In this document: positions 27,283 through 44,336 of the stretch, piece after piece
Numbering within the stretch: position 1 is the first letter of the stretch
Layout of the letters: every line of letters starts with the position of its first letter
Source: Chlorokybus atmophyticus
Taxonomy: Eukaryota > Plantae > Mesostigma and Chlorokybus algae
Assembly (NCBI GenBank): GCA_009103225.1
Contig: RHPI01002533.1
Location: 69,793 to 133,792 of the forward strand
DNA length: 64,000 bases
Direction of reading: 5' to 3'
Program-made: the position numbers and the translations under genes
The notes under the pieces: model-generated
What the model saw: only the letters and a program-made list of their open reading frames with translations
Database searches by the model: none
Told to the model about the DNA's origin: nothing

Positions 27283-27720
27283 AAATGGGTTCTCAAGCTG
27301 TTTTTGAAAGAAATTTCCAGGACCAAGATATCAACCGCAACCAGCTCAAGTGCTGGTTGCGGTTGATATCTTGAAATCAGTCATACCTGCCTATGGGGGC
27401 TAATGCTGTGGCCTCGAAGGATTCTGCAGGACTCTGCTCAAGTGCCGGGTGCGGTTATTATCTCAGCATCAGTCATACCTGCCTATGGGTGCTCAAGCTG
27501 TGCCTCTGAAAGAATCTGCAGGACTCATCTCAAGCACCGATTGCAGTTGTATCTAGCATCACTATTACCTGTCTATCTGATTTCAAGATAGTCTGAAACT
27601 CCATAAGCAATGCGACGCAGTTGATTGTATTCTAGCATAACTAATGCCTGTCTATCTAATTTGCAAGATAAGTAGTTTGAAACACCATCAGCCATGCGAC
27701 ACAGTTGATGGTGCAGTAAA
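27283..27720. repeat. Diverged ~80-100-bp tandem repeat array; the first unit holds a perfect 22-bp-stem hairpin
   Basis: Recurring ATCAGTCATACCTGCCTATGGG..CTCAAGCTGT..CTGCAGGACTC..CTCAAG units. Hairpin CAAGATATCAACCGCAACCAGC-tcaagt-GCTGGTTGCGGTTGATATCTTG at 27324-27373. Confidence 0.7.
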
Positions 27721-28753
27721 CAATGGGTACATTTTCCTTGCGCATTTACTGAACAGTGCTAGGGACTCTGTACAGCTGCGGTACAGTCTCAGCATTGTTC
27801 AATAACTTCAATAAAGTAGAAAATTCTACCTGAGCTCTCGCTTCCATGCCGGGCTGGAGCCCGGCACGGGTGGCGCCACCAGTGGCAGAAGCGGTTGTGG
27901 CCAAGGCAGCGGAGGCGTGAGAGTCTGGGTAGTGTATAGTTGTTCTACAGTACGTGGTAGGCATGGACGCTATTCAACTCAATTGTATGCTCGTGTTTTG
28001 GTTTTTTGCAAGTAGTGTGTGTGTGTATGTCTCCCTCCATGTGAATGGTACAATGGAAGGGCCCCAAATTCCAGCAGATACCATGCAATAATGACCAAAA
28101 GACAAAGCAGTAATGGACAACACACATACACGCTAACCACTCAGTTCAAACAGTACATGACTAACAGGGTGGAGCAGTAGTAATTATGAGGTAGGGAGTT
28201 AGGCGGCCTGAGAGGTTGTGCCTTATCGCGATGGTCGTAAGTGAAGGTGTGGGTGCCCTGTGCAATGTCATGTCACTGGTGGTGTATGCAGAAAGTACCG
28301 TTGATGTACTACTGTACCCCAGCTACAGCAAGATGAGTTGCCACTGCTGCGCACAACAATCAGCACCCAGCATCGCTGTTGTCTCATATGCTACCTTAAG
28401 GCAGCACAGCTTGATACTCACCAAGGGGTTAGCATTCCACCAGCGCTTACAACATTCCTGGTCCTGCTGCTCGTTATCAGCAGCCCTGGCAATTGGCGCT
28501 TCACACAGGTAACAAGATTGCTGTGCACTTTTAGCATCCACCATATGTATATGGTTATCTACTTTAGTAGTAGTATATGGTTATATACTTTATTGCTTGT
28601 TTGCTGGCTTGGTTTGGGTGTGCAAATGCATCAGCATGGTTGTGCATGTGTGGCACAACCTTTTGTATCAATGTATACCAGACAACAACCAACCATGCGA
28701 GCAAGACAGGGATTACCGCAATGGTGTCAAGCAGAGAAATTGGCTAAACTAAC

Positions 28754-30340
28754 CTAGCTCAACACTTTGGTTCCAGGTTCCAAAACTAAGTGCTTATCAA
28801 ACAGCACCTCAACGTCTGTCAGCGCCTTCACCATGAAGTCAGGCACTTCTTCGCCCTCCAACATGCTGCCATCACCGTAGCGGTCTTCAGTGTCTATCAA
28901 GCACGTAATTGCACCAGCTCGCCTTCCGCAAACAACCTGGCAGTACCCATAAGACAAACCAATTGAGGCTACTCACAGTGTGAACAGTCACAACATGTAC
29001 ACACGCGACACTCTGCCGTAACATGGCCTTTGCAACAGCTTACATCATCTTTCGCGCTGTCGCCAATCATCATCACTTCATGCGTGCTGAAGCCCCATTG
29101 TTCGCAGATGTTCATGAGGGGAGCAGCGTGAGGTTTGTAAGGCCGAAACTCGCGACTCAAAGCAGGGTTGAATGGCGGAGCCTGCGCAATCCAAAGCATG
29201 CACTGGTCAGCAATGCTGCACCGAAAAAGTGCAAATTGCGCACATGGCACAACATACGCATGCTGCATCAGATGTACCTGAAAGTGGCTGTGAAAGAATC
29301 GAACTGAAGCATCAACATTGCGAGTAATCAATCCTCGTCTGGAAACCGGACCAGATATCAGTTGCTTGAGCTGACATGGTTGTGAGCAACATGGTCTCGT
29401 TCTAGTGTGCATGTGCAAAGCAGTCATTGCAGATGCCTGCCGTTCTCTCTATGCTCACCCAGTAGGGTATCAGCAAACCACTGTGACTGCGCACCTGATA
29501 CCTTTGTCATCCAGATATCGACACAACTCCAGAGCTCCTGCAAGGGCAACCAGATCACTTGTTACTTATGTACCGTTGAACAGGGTTGCAAAGCAGTTGG
29601 TGCATGCGAAAGGGCCCGCATGGCACCCTGATGTTTGTTTGGCAAGCTGGCAATAGAGTTTTCAGTTTTTCAAAGCACCTGGCATAATCTGAAGCCGCTC
29701 GTTTGCTTCTGTCTCTACTTCAGTAATGGCAGCGTACGCCAACTTCTGCCGCTCCGGGTCACCCCAGCTGTCAATGACTGTCAGAATATCACCGGTCAGA
29801 ATGCCCACCTGCCATACGTCTATCATCACAGAGACACAACACACAAAACAGCAGCTGAATCCAAAACGAACAACGACATATCCAACTAGCCTAGGTGAGT
29901 TTGCTCCCAATCAGCAGCATTGCAGACCCTAACCCTAGTCGGCAAGTACCAGCCGACGTGTGCCACACAGCATGCTGCGAGCCACTCACGGCATGCAACG
30001 GACATTCCACCACTCCACAACTTGGCCCAATCTAAGGCTTCAACAGCACGCATTTATAAGGAGGTATCATGACCTATTGCACGACCACACTCCTGTTCAC
30101 CCGCTTGCGCATGAGCTCGAAGTCTATGCATGGCACAGTCAGCGTCCCGTCCATATCAAATACAACTCCCCTCACTCTCCGCCGCTGCTGCAGCAAAGAA
30201 TCGCCTTCCCCGGCCCCATTAACGGCACCATTGCCGCCATTGCGGAACACCCTGTGGCCGGTAGCAGTGGCCATGCCTGCCGCAACCCTCGCAGGCCCCC
30301 TCAGCAGCGCCGCCGCCGCCGCCGCAGCCACGGCGGCCAT
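28754..30340 (-). CDS. HAD-like hydrolase (At2g33255-like family), organelle-targeted, multi-exon
   Basis: VRGVVFDMDGTLTVPCIDF (motif I), RRGLITRN, ALSREFRPYKPHAAPL, VMMIGDSAKDD, CGRRAGAITCLID. Confidence 0.88.
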
Positions 30341-30657
30341 AACGCTGAGGACATGCACAAGGTTCAGTTCAGGCTCAGTAGTACTTAGATCACTGAGGCG
30401 CACAGATCACTGGGATCAGCTACTATTCACAGGAGCTCAAAGTCGGATCATGACGGGATCAGTTTTCCCACGCTGCGGCGGCCTGTGTTACGTAACACAG
30501 ATACGTGACGCAAACTGTGTTACGGCTTTGTGCGGCGGCGGCGGCGCGGCGGGCGGCGGCGGCGCTGGTGTGAGGGGAGGCGGCGGGTTGGTTGGTGGAA
30601 GCGGGATTTTGAACTGTTGCGTTTGCAAGGAGCTGCAAGGGCTGGTTTACCGTCACA

Positions 30658-33600
30658 ATGGTGAAGCGCAGTTCAAGTAAGCAGCTTGAACGGGCAGGCT
30701 GTCCAGCACAGCTCCTGCCTCTGTTTCTACCACTGCCAGCTGTGATTGTCGTCCATGACTGCATGACTGCATGGCTTACGTCGTATACGTTGTGTCACTG
30801 CTGCCACCGCAAGTGTTTTCTCGCACTCACCAATCGTGCATGTGCTATATCATCGGCAGTAGCAGTGACATCAGGCCCGTAAGCTCGCTGTCAATCAGCA
30901 CACAGTTGTTTCATCTCCAGTTGACTCTCCAAGTAATGCTATGTTCATGGTCGTCGCGTTCTGCTTGCCTGTTCGTACTTGAGCTACCTTCGACAACCTT
31001 TTGTAACCACCATTGGCTATGTGGGAACAGAAAGCAAGAGCAAGCGCACGCCGTTGCGCAAAAAGTACAAGATCCTGAAGAAGGTGAAGGAGCACCACAA
31101 GAAGAAGGCCAAGGAGGAGAAGAAGAAGCAGAAAGCTGGGGCCGCCTCTGGCAGTGGCGGCAAGCGCAAGGCCGGCCAAAAGGACCCCGGCATCCCCGCC
31201 CAGTGGCCCTTCAGAGAGCAGGAACTTGCCAACCTCGAAGCCAGGAAGCAGCGCCTCGAGGCCGAGGCCGAAGCCAAGAAGGTTGCACGGGTGAGCTTGG
31301 TTGTGCTGACTGTGGTGTTCGTGAGTCATGCAGGTTAGCACAATGCAAGCTTGAATAAGTCTACGACTTGCTCAGGTCAAGCTTGAGCTAAGCTGAAGCA
31401 ACTTGTCTTTGGCTTAGCTCAAGACAGGCTGCCTGAGCCGGTGGTTAACGCAGCTCAAGCTTACTCATACATGTAATTCGCCAGTCAATCGTGCTATTTG
31501 ACGATAGTTGCGAATTTCTCAAGTTGCTGTCGTACACAGTCTACTAATGCGCTGCTGGTAGCGCAATTCTAGTCTATTGAGCACATTCCCTTCATGCGTG
31601 TGTAGGCAGAGAAACGCAAGATTGAGCGGCTGGGTTTGAGCGAGGACGCAGAGGATGTTGCAACGCTGGCAGCCAGTGCGTCCAAGCGCGATGAGGACTT
31701 TGAGCGCCAGCAGAGGAAGAAGGCTCGAAACAGCACCGAGTCTGCTGCCTTAAATGGTACCAACTTGTACAGTCTGTGGTTGACAGTGTTGGTGATCGTA
31801 CAACTGCTACAGTTTGTTGATACACTTGTGGGACAGATGGCTCAAGGAAGGCCTTCTACAAGGAGCTGATGAAAGTCATTGAAGCCTCTGATGTCATCAT
31901 TCAGGTGACATGTGCAGCGGTTGCTTCTACTTTTCATGGTGTGTATCTGTTGGTGAGCACTGACCGTGAGGTCCTTACAGGTGTTGGATGCGCGGGATCC
32001 GTTGGGTTGCCGCTGCGTGGAGGTGGAGCAGGCCGTCGCAAAGAGCGGAGCGCACAAACGCATTGTCCTGCTTCTGAACAAGATCGATCTGGTTCCCCGG
32101 GAAGTCGCGGAAAAGTGGCTAAAGTATTTCCGCGAAGAGCTGCCGACAGTGGCCTTCAAGTGCTCCACGCAGGTAAGACATTGGCGGTATCCTTATAGTT
32201 CATACCCTGAACACATTTGTGTAACGTGGCGTACCGGCGGTTATTGCAGGCTCAGCGCACCAATTTGGGACAAAGTGGGCGAGCCGCGAGTACCGCTGGC
32301 GCCGATGCTTTGCAGAGCAGCGAGTCTTTGGGCGCTGACACCTTAATACAGCTACTGAAGAACTACGCCCGCAACCAGAAGGTTTGACATGTAGTGTGTT
32401 TGTTAGTTCCAAGCAGCACTGTCAGTAGCAATCGTGTCTTGTCTGAACATTTCAAATTGCAGCTCAAGACCTCTATCACTGTTGGTGTGGTTGGCTTCCC
32501 AAACGTTGGCAAAAGCAGCTTGATCAACAGCCTGAAGCGGTCCAAAGTTGCCAATGTCGGCGCAACTCCTGGCGTTACCAAGACACTGCAGGTACTCTGC
32601 TGACACTTTGGCACGCGAATATCAAGCACTGAGTTTCTGTAATAATCCAGTGCTGCGCGGCTCTTGTAGCAATCAGTGGCTGTGTACTCTTACTTGAGCA
32701 ATGTGTTTCCCGGCAGGAGGTGCATCTGGACAAGCACGTCAAGTTGTTGGACTGCCCCGGTATTGTCTTTGCCTCGGCGGTCGGGTCAAACGAAGCCGCG
32801 GCAGTGCTTCGCAACTGCGTGCGACTGGAGAAGCTGACAGATTCAGTCACCCCAGGTGCGCACATTGGCATGTTGCAGTATGACAGCTTGCCAACTGGTT
32901 AAAGTACCGCAGCTTCGAAGCTGTGTGTCACATCTTGCTGCATGCCTGGCATAACTTTGTGGCTCATGAAGGCACCACACCACAAACTACTTACTCACCC
33001 TCAGGCCTCTGCCTCTGCCATAGCTTGCAGCCTCTCAGATGATGTGCTCATTCTCTGTTTGTGTGCAGTGCAAGAGATTGTAAAGAGGTGTACAGCTGAA
33101 ACGCTCATGTCCATCTACAAGATTGAAAAGTTTGTCGGTGCCGAGGAGTTCTTGCAGCGAGTTGCCGCTTCACGTGGAAAGTTGAAACGGGTATCGTTGT
33201 ATTATTATTTCAAGCCTTTGCTTTGTTGTTATTGATGCTGGCTGCTTCAACTCTCTTCCGTCCTTTCCAGGGTGGTGTAGCAGACCCCGAGGCGGCGGCC
33301 AAGCTGGTGCTGCAGGATTGGAACTCTGGTCGTATTCCTTACTTTACGCAGCCACCAAAGCGCGAGTCCGTCGACCACGACAGCACGCAACTCGTCACAC
33401 AGTGGGCCAAGGAGTTCGACATTGAAGAGGCAATGCACCCAGTGCATTGCCAGTTTATTGTCGTTTAGCATAGAATGAAACTCTGTTGCCATCAACCCTC
33501 ACCTGGTAGCTGAGTCAAGAGCATTTTCAGTTTTCATCACCATGCTTGCGGGTGTTTGCAGGTCTTCAAGAACGAAAAGTCTGCGTTAATAGAGGGATTG

Positions 33601-34359
33601 CCAAGCATGGAGTCCGGCATGTTCACAGAGATGGTGAGTGCTTGTACTAGCTGCTTGTGCGCGTGTGCTCCCCATTGCACCCACCCTGATCTTGTCATGC
33701 GTTGTTCAGCCTGCTGGCCAGCCGCTGGAGATGGACATGGCAGAGGCCGCCGCTGAGAGTAATGATGATAATGATGATGGTGCCAGCAGCGATGAGAGCG
33801 AGGAAGATGAAGAGGTGGTGGCTGCGGCAGCGGCGCCTTCAACAGCAGCGGACCAAGTTGCTGAAGCAATGGACTCGGGTGAAGCGGGACCGTCACGCGG
33901 AAAGAAGTATCTCTCACAGGTATGGGAAGCTATACTGCTAGCACTTACCGCATTCGTGCGTGCATCTTGTTTTCTATTTGCCGTTCCGTGATGCATGTAA
34001 GGCTCCGCACATGTTCTCAAGAAAAGTTTCAGAGTATCTAGTGTCTCGTGGCGGACATGATGGACTTAACTTTGAACTTGACTTGCCCCTTTCCGCTTAC
34101 ACAGAGCGAAGTTTTGTACAACGAAGAGGGGATGTACAATCCGCATGCAGCGAGGGCGGAGAAGAAGCGCAGGAAAAAGAACGCCTCCATGGCCGCCGCG
34201 CAGGACGAAGACAACAGCGACTACGACTTTGAGCATGACTTCAAGGGCGACAAGGGACAAGAAGGCGGTAATTTGGATGCGGATGCGGATGAAGATGATG
34301 CCGCTGAGGATGAAGATGAGGATGAGGCAGAAGGCATGAGCGGTGAAGATGATCAGTAG
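30658..34359 (+). CDS. GNL3: Nucleolar circularly permuted GTPase, nucleostemin/GNL3/NSN1-like, multi-exon
   Basis: MVKRSS|[126 protein letters not shown], acidic tail with SDYDF. Confidence 0.95.
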
Positions 34360-35207
34360 TGGTTTGCAGCACTTGTGCCGTTGAGTGCTCGCGTTCATGC
34401 TTGAGTTCAGCTGTGCAGGCAGCGGTCACAGGCAGAGACAGTCTGCGTGCATAGTTACTGGCCGTTGATGCATGCATGCCAGTTGCAAGTGCGCCCCTGG
34501 TATATATGCACTACCGCGAACGCGCTCGTCCTCATGAAATCATCCATAATTGCGCTATACTAGTTTGTATGTCTCAACATTGTACCAGTGGCTGTGATGG
34601 CAACAAACAGAAAACGCTGGAAACGAGACTTGCATTAATTGCAAAGGCGAGTATGGATTTATACATAGGGTACACGATGGATTGCATGTGTACAAAGTAT
34701 GCGGTGCATGTGAACATGCTTTTATGCACAGTCGCAGTCAGCACGCAAGTAAATACAGCCATTGCATTTCACCACCGAGCTATACAACTCTACTTACTTG
34801 TCGTCACTACTGCCCCAACCCGTTAGGCATGCATGTTAGCAGTTGTGATTACCTGCCACACCGCCAGTACCGTGATGTGCGCATGGTATCCGCCCTCTGT
34901 ACCCTATAAGAGATGATGCAGCATGACAAGTTTGCGTCTGCGCTGCTCTACGGTGTGCTCGGCAGTCATGCAAAAACATGCCTTCCTGACTGACAGCAAC
35001 AGTGTTGCGCTGCCTTGTGTTCCACAGATGAAATTGGGGTGGGCCATCCTACACAACAAGCAGGCTGCACCAACTCGCATTGCATACCACAGAGCAGTAG
35101 TCCTGAGCATGCAGCCTGTCATTGAGCATAACAAGTGTAGCCTCAGGCTGAGCAGCAGTGTCGCACCTTGAGAGCTCTGCGGGTGAAGCAGCACAGGCAT
35201 AGCAGGC

Positions 35208-37997
<2,790 letters not shown>

Positions 37998-38494
37998 ATT
38001 GATTTGTTTGCATTGCTGAGTACGTGGGCTGACACACAATGCACCAGACAACACTGTGTCTCAATGTATCCATTCATATATCCTCCCAAGCACTGTCGCG
38101 CAAATGACGGTGTGCTACTTGTTTGACGCACTGGTGCTGTTGCTTGCACTCAGTTCGATCCATTGCAACTCTATACCAACCATGCCTGCAACCACACCCT
38201 CTACTCTGCACCCCACCACTTGCAATACACCAAGCGGGCATTGATTGTATAGTTGGACTAGCATTTAATGGGTCCGATTCTACCAGCCTGTCTGTGATCT
38301 GGTCTCTCGAGTTCTGTATGTACTACTGCAGGTGCCCTATGCATGCAGTTATGGCAGGTGAAGTCAGCTTCATCATCGTACCAGTTAACAACACTGCAGC
38401 GCTGCAAGCAATGCGAGGCATAGAAAGCAGTATGCAATGAGGTCGATACCAATGCTATACCTGCACCATTAGTCTAGAGTGAGGCTCCAAATCC

Positions 38495-41400
38495 TTATCT
38501 ACTACCAGCCATGGCAAGGTTGCGCTCAGACTGCCGTTTAGTGACGGTCATGTAAAGCCCCTGCAGTAACAGCGCACTTCTCAGTAGCCGCGTCACGCGT
38601 AGTAGACAGTTGACATGTCAAAGCATCGGCACTCACCGTGCTTGTGTGGATGGTGGCCCCCGTGGTCATGCCAATCTTCTGTCCCGGTACGAGTTCAAAG
38701 CTGAACTGCTTGAGAAGGACGGCAAGAGCAACTACGGCTTCAAGAAGGGCAAATTGATCGCCAACGCACTTGCGTGGGCCACCGCTGAAGGGGATGTATC
38801 TAGCACAACGGCCAGTCACGCCGCGAGTCAGTACATTGCTGCTAACCACCACTGCATGTGACTGCAGTTGGACTAATGACAGCTTAATACGGCTGAATGT
38901 TGCCGCAACGACACAAGGCAAGGGAATAGCAAACTACGTGTTGTGCTTTGCACATCAGGTGCTTTCGCATTGGTTGGTCCATACCTGTAGTCAGTGGTGC
39001 TCTCATTGGGTACTGGGCCCTCCAAGTCGCCAAATCGCTCTGGAATGAACTCTTCAGCTTGATCCCAAACCTGCAATGCACGAACAGTCAAAGTCAATTC
39101 TCAGCACAATGCCATGCAACTGTAATGGGCTTGCCAACATTTTGGCAATCTAACCTGCGGTGAGTGGTGGATGTTATATACAGAGATCATAATGTCCTGT
39201 CCCTTTCCAACTTTGTAGCCTCCTGGCAATGTGTCAGGCTCAAGCGCGCGCCTAAGAAGCACCTACACACACAAATCGAATAGTTATCATGAAACAAACA
39301 CACTGCCACACGCAGTTTTCCACATGCAAGCGCACACTCATACCGGTGGATGCGGGTACAAGCGCATTGACTCGCACACGCATCTGTAAATGTACTTCAG
39401 GTCCCTTGTTTGCTCAAAAGTCGGGGACTTGGACTCTCCCAGGACTCTGTCCACTTCTTCATGAGCCTTGCGCAAGCACTCAGGGTTCTGCGCCATGCAA
39501 TAAGGGTGAGAACACTAGCTATCACAACTTGCTGCGGGAATGTGTGCTATGCAGCTATGATACTCACCTGCGCCAATAGGTACACCGTCCACGTGAGAAC
39601 AGAGCCAGTGGTTTCATGTCCAGCCACAAGCATGGATAGCAAATCGTCTCTGAGCTGCACACTGGAAACCTGCATAGAGCATAACGGTAACTTCATGCAG
39701 GTGAAGGCAGTCTTATTCCACGCATGCCAACCAAAGCAGCACATTGCCGTGAACTTTGCCGTTGTCACAAGTTGCAACAACAATGTGCGCTGCTTACGCA
39801 AACCAACCTCATCGCGGCTGTGCAGTAGAAAGCGGAGCACAGAAGGGTCTTCATCATTCACATACTCTTCATCCGATGATCCCTTCCCACCTTCACGGGC
39901 AAGCTCTGCATCTACCATCACTTTGCATTTCTTTACCAAGTCCTCCACTTGATCGCGAATGAGCTGCACAGCCGCAGTTGCCTTTCTTTGCCGAGGTGAT
40001 ATTGCACACAAAGCGGGTACCTGCATTGACATTTTGGTTACAACTATTAGTCCTCAGTCTTCGATGTAGCCAACCTCTGACAATGCACTCATACACACTT
40101 ACATGCACTGCACGGCATAACTCAATTCAGCAAGCGCTCAGTGCAACGTACCTTCCAATAAGGCAACAAATCAGTGGCGCGCGATTCAGCTTCTTTAAGG
40201 GCTGTGTACACAGCCTGGATGATCGGGCTGTTTGTGTTTAAAGAGTCAAAGTTGTAGTTGAAAACGGCCTTCCCAATTATGTCAAGTGTCAACTGCGCAA
40301 ACACAAACCAGCCATTGAATGACAAGTTGCTGGGTGCTTCAGCAACATATCAGTCCCATGTCGACTGTCACCTGCGAAAATGCGCCCTCCATTTCAACAG
40401 GAGTCCTGCTTTCTGCTGCAACCCTCAACTTCGACACTAAGCGAAGCGCACAAGCAGAGAAGACCCTATCCACCATTGTGCTCAAGTACCTGACATGTCC
40501 CGTATGTCATAAAGTGGCAATCTGGTACTTGCATGCTGATGGGCCAAGTCAATCGAGTCATAGAACTACATTTGTACTACACCTTTTGTGTAGGGAAGGT
40601 ACCACTGCTCTACGGCGCGCAGTCCAAAGCGGGCCCTCTGCAATGGCGAAGCCATCACCAAACAGAAACTTTGACACTTCTGCAACAAGTCCTTTCTCAT
40701 ACTTCGCGCCAGTTGTGCGCAGGACATGCTTCGCCACCGCTGGATCTCCTACCACTACAAAATCCTGCATGACGCTCCATCAGACACGTCAACCAGCTTG
40801 ACACTGCGCTCCGTTGCTGTGTATAGCTAACTGCTGACATTGATTAAGTCCGTAGGTAAAGACTGACTTGCATGAGTGAGCTGCATGGCTGTATGGTATA
40901 ACTAATTGATAGCAAGGCACGCGTTTCTGCATGCTTTGTTGCAACATGGAGCGATGTACAAAGCACATGTGCATAGCTCTACCTGGGGTCCAGCTGCGAG
41001 GCGATAAACTGGGCCACTGGCAAGCATCCATCTGAACAACGGCAAGAACAATGCGCCACCAAGAAGTTCCGCGACATCCGACAGCTGGGCGTCCGCAACT
41101 GGAATACCAGAGTCCTCAACGGCGCCTCCTCGCAGCTTAGATAACAGCTGTTGCACCAATGCACATGTGAGTTGACCCAGCGGCTTTGACTGAGAGCTTT
41201 CTTTGTGATTGCGTTCATTCCAACCTCACTGAAGCATTCAAGCGCTGCTAGCTTGGCATCATTTTTGACCTATTTCTGATTGCATGTGTTGAAATTGTGG
41301 ATGACAACACATCACATGGTTATAACAGTAAAAAGCCACAACTGAACGACGAAATGGCACCTGTATGCACCGTTCAATGCATGCAGATGACATGCATTGC

Positions 41401-41699
41401 ACGGTGGACTAAGGCTGGCTGACCTTCGTGAGCCAGGCAGGGCTAAACAGAGACGCTCCAGCACCCTTTATGTCAAACTTCTCCCCATCGCCACCCTCCT
41501 GGCCAGCCGCCCTGGTGACCAGCCTGCTGGCACGCAGTTGCCTGCGGGGCCATTGCGGGCGAGCGAACGAGGCGCTCAACCCCACAGACGGCCTGACGAC
41601 AGGCCTTTCGACAGCAGCAGGAGCGTCCAGTCTGTCTCGCACACCAACAGACGACCATGACACCTTCCCCACAGCCCCGGCGGACACCGCCGCCGCCAT
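38495..41699 (-). CDS. CYP97C: Carotene epsilon-ring hydroxylase CYP97C (LUT1-like), multi-exon
   Basis: [70 protein letters not shown] (CYP97C-type signature), [22 protein letters not shown], heme motif [15 protein letters not shown]. Confidence 0.93.
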
Positions 41700-42321
41700 G
41701 TTGATCACCGCGGCAACAAGCTCATCGCCGGACGAGTGCAGGGCTAACGTTCGCCTGGTGTCACAACGTTAGCTGCTGACGCTTATCCAAGCTCAAGGGT
41801 GCCACCTCAGCGCTCCGCTGATTGGCCAAGTGCCCAGCTTACGTTAGCTTCATGCACTGCAAAGGCTTGCTGGAAGCTTGCTGCTGGTGTTGAGCTCAGC
41901 TGCCAGGCAGGAGCGGCGGCGGCGGCGGTGTGGTTGTCTGCAGGTGTAAGAGCAAGAAAGGGGTTGTTGGACTTTTCCGACCGGTGTTCTCTCAGCAACT
42001 GCTCCTGGTGTCTTTGCCGCACACTCGTCTGGGTGCAACCCACAGGTCGGTTGCATGCTTTCGTCGTGTTGTGGTTGTGCGCGGCTTGTCGCTTGAGCTT
42101 GTTGGGTTTGGAAGCCATACTGGAAGACCATGCCAGCTGTGGTGCTTGCAATCAACTCATTTGGGGCAACCTTGAAAAGCATCTTTGTATTTGTGCTTGT
42201 CGCTTGTCTGTGGCGAGGCCAGCCCCAACATAGAGCAAGCCAGGCAATGCTTGATGCATGGATTTCGGGTCATGGGGTCCTGTTTTGATGCCTGCATTTT
42301 GTTGGGCATGCAGGTGGCGGC

Positions 42322-44336
42322 ATGGCGGCGGCTGTGGGGTCCGCAGCGGGAGCGTTGGCGGTGCTGCAAAGCCGCAGCACAGTCTGCAGTAGGAGGCGGC
42401 AACAACCAGCAGCACAACAGGCACTCAGACCGCAGTGGAATGCGCTGTCTCAGCGACAAAGCCGGCTCGCAGCGTCCCGGCGCCAGCGCCATATAGCAGT
42501 CTGCGCTCAAACGGACCAAAAGGAGAAGAAAGGATGGGAGGCAGACATGGAGCGCTTCAGGGAGACAGAGCGCCGGTGGGAAGGCCTGGTAAGAATTGGC
42601 TTTCCTCTCCTTTGCAGCGCATGCACCAACATCACCATGCCTGTTACATGGGGTTTGTCAAGTCACCGTGCATGTGCCATGCATGCTGTGTTGCGTGAAT
42701 GTGGTTGTGGTGTTGCCTTGCAGGTGCGCGATGGCGTGATCCGTTCTATCACATCTTCCGAAGCAGCGAAGGCAGTCAAGAACGGCACGAGCACACTGCT
42801 TGACGTCCGACCAGAGCATGAGTATGAGAAGGTTCGACTCAGATCAGTGTCTGCTATGAGTACGCACACTTCAGTGCGGTTGTTCAGCTTGTCACGACTT
42901 GCACGCATACTCAGGCCCATATAGAAGGCAGCGTGCATGTGCCAGTGTACAACACCAACGACTCTGCACCTCTCACAGACAAGCTGTACATGACTGTCAG
43001 CGGTAAGGCACTCAGCCATTGCCAAGTGTTGTTTTTTTGCTGCGCTTAAGTGATTGGTGCCTACCGTTAGCTGCATGTAACGTGCAATCATGTCAAACTG
43101 CTTCAGGTGGCACTTGGTGGATGGGGATGAGACCAGTGGCGCCTAACAGGTAGGCCGGTAGCAAGTTACAGCATGCACGCCTTTCTCCTAGTGCAGTACT
43201 CACAGCGGTTTCCATTGCGGGGCGCCTCAGGTCCTTCGGGTCGCAGATCACATCTCAGCTGGACAAGGATGCAAACATCATCGTGGCATGCCAAAAGGGT
43301 CTGAGGTACGCACACACCCTTGCCTTGCAGTTTTGCAAGGCCATACGCATCGCAGGCTGTCGTAATGCAGCAGTGTCGCATGCATGCATGGGCATGGCGG
43401 TTTCAGTTGTGGAGCAAATCATCGACAGCTTCAAGGGCACAAAGCATAGTCATCGATCATTCAGTTGTATTGCAACAAAGCCTCAACAGTTTCCAGGGCA
43501 TGAAGCATAGTCGATGTTTGTAGCATCAGCATGTCTCAATGGTCAGTACAGCTATGCAGTGTGCGTACTTCATAGCTGCAGTGTGTGTGTGCTGCAAGGT
43601 GCTTTAATCGACACTAGGACTGGTTGCCAGGTCCCTGAGTGCCTGTGAGAAGCTTGTGCAAAACGGGTACAAGAACGTGTCCTGGATGAATGGCGGATTT
43701 GAGGCGGCCAGGAGTAAGGTGAGTGATGCTTACTGCCTGTACCCGTATGCGCAGTCACTCATGCTGGTTGACATGATGAAACACCATGAGACAACTGCAA
43801 CAACTTACGAAACCTTCGAGTTTGTGAGTACAATCTCATGCTGAATCTGATCACTGATGCGTGTACCATCTACTCAAGGACGGCGCAACGCTAGGGTATC
43901 GGTTACCAAGATTGTAAGCTTATGCATTGCATGTTTGCAGGACTGGGAGCCTGCCATTGCAGGAACAACCAAGGATCTGCGCTGCGCTGGTCTTGGCGGG
44001 TTGTCCTACTGGTTGGGGTACGTTATTGTGGTTGAGGTGCTCCTGGGAAACCCGCATGCTGAGTGTTGTCAACACTTTGCTGTAAAGTAAAGTAAAATAG
44101 ATAAGCTAAGCATCCGTTCGTTGCAATGCAGATGGACAAATGTGCAGCGGAAAGATCCGGACCAGGATGCCTCTCAGCGCGCCACGTACTGGGGGCGCGC
44201 GGTAAGTTCTCGTGTGGTTGTTGATTCTGCCATCCAGTCTGGTTGGCGTTTGTGATACTCAGCAAGCGGACTGCAGATCGGTTTGTTTCTGCTGGTGGAC
44301 CTGCTGATCTACGGAGCATTCGTTGCTGGCAAGTAA
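42322..44336 (+). CDS. STR11: Chloroplast rhodanese-like domain protein (STR11-like), multi-exon
   Basis: Transit-like N-terminus, LLDVRPEHEYEK, AHIEGSVHVP, IIVACQKGLRSLSACEKL, SWMNGGF, LRCAGLGGLSYWLGWT, C-terminal hydrophobic IGLFLLVDLLIYGAF; TAA at 44334-44336. Confidence 0.8.

Noticed and set aside
27283-27720. CRISPR-like array
   Set aside because: The units are diverged tandem copies without constant repeats and unique spacers; no cas genes are present and the context is eukaryotic.
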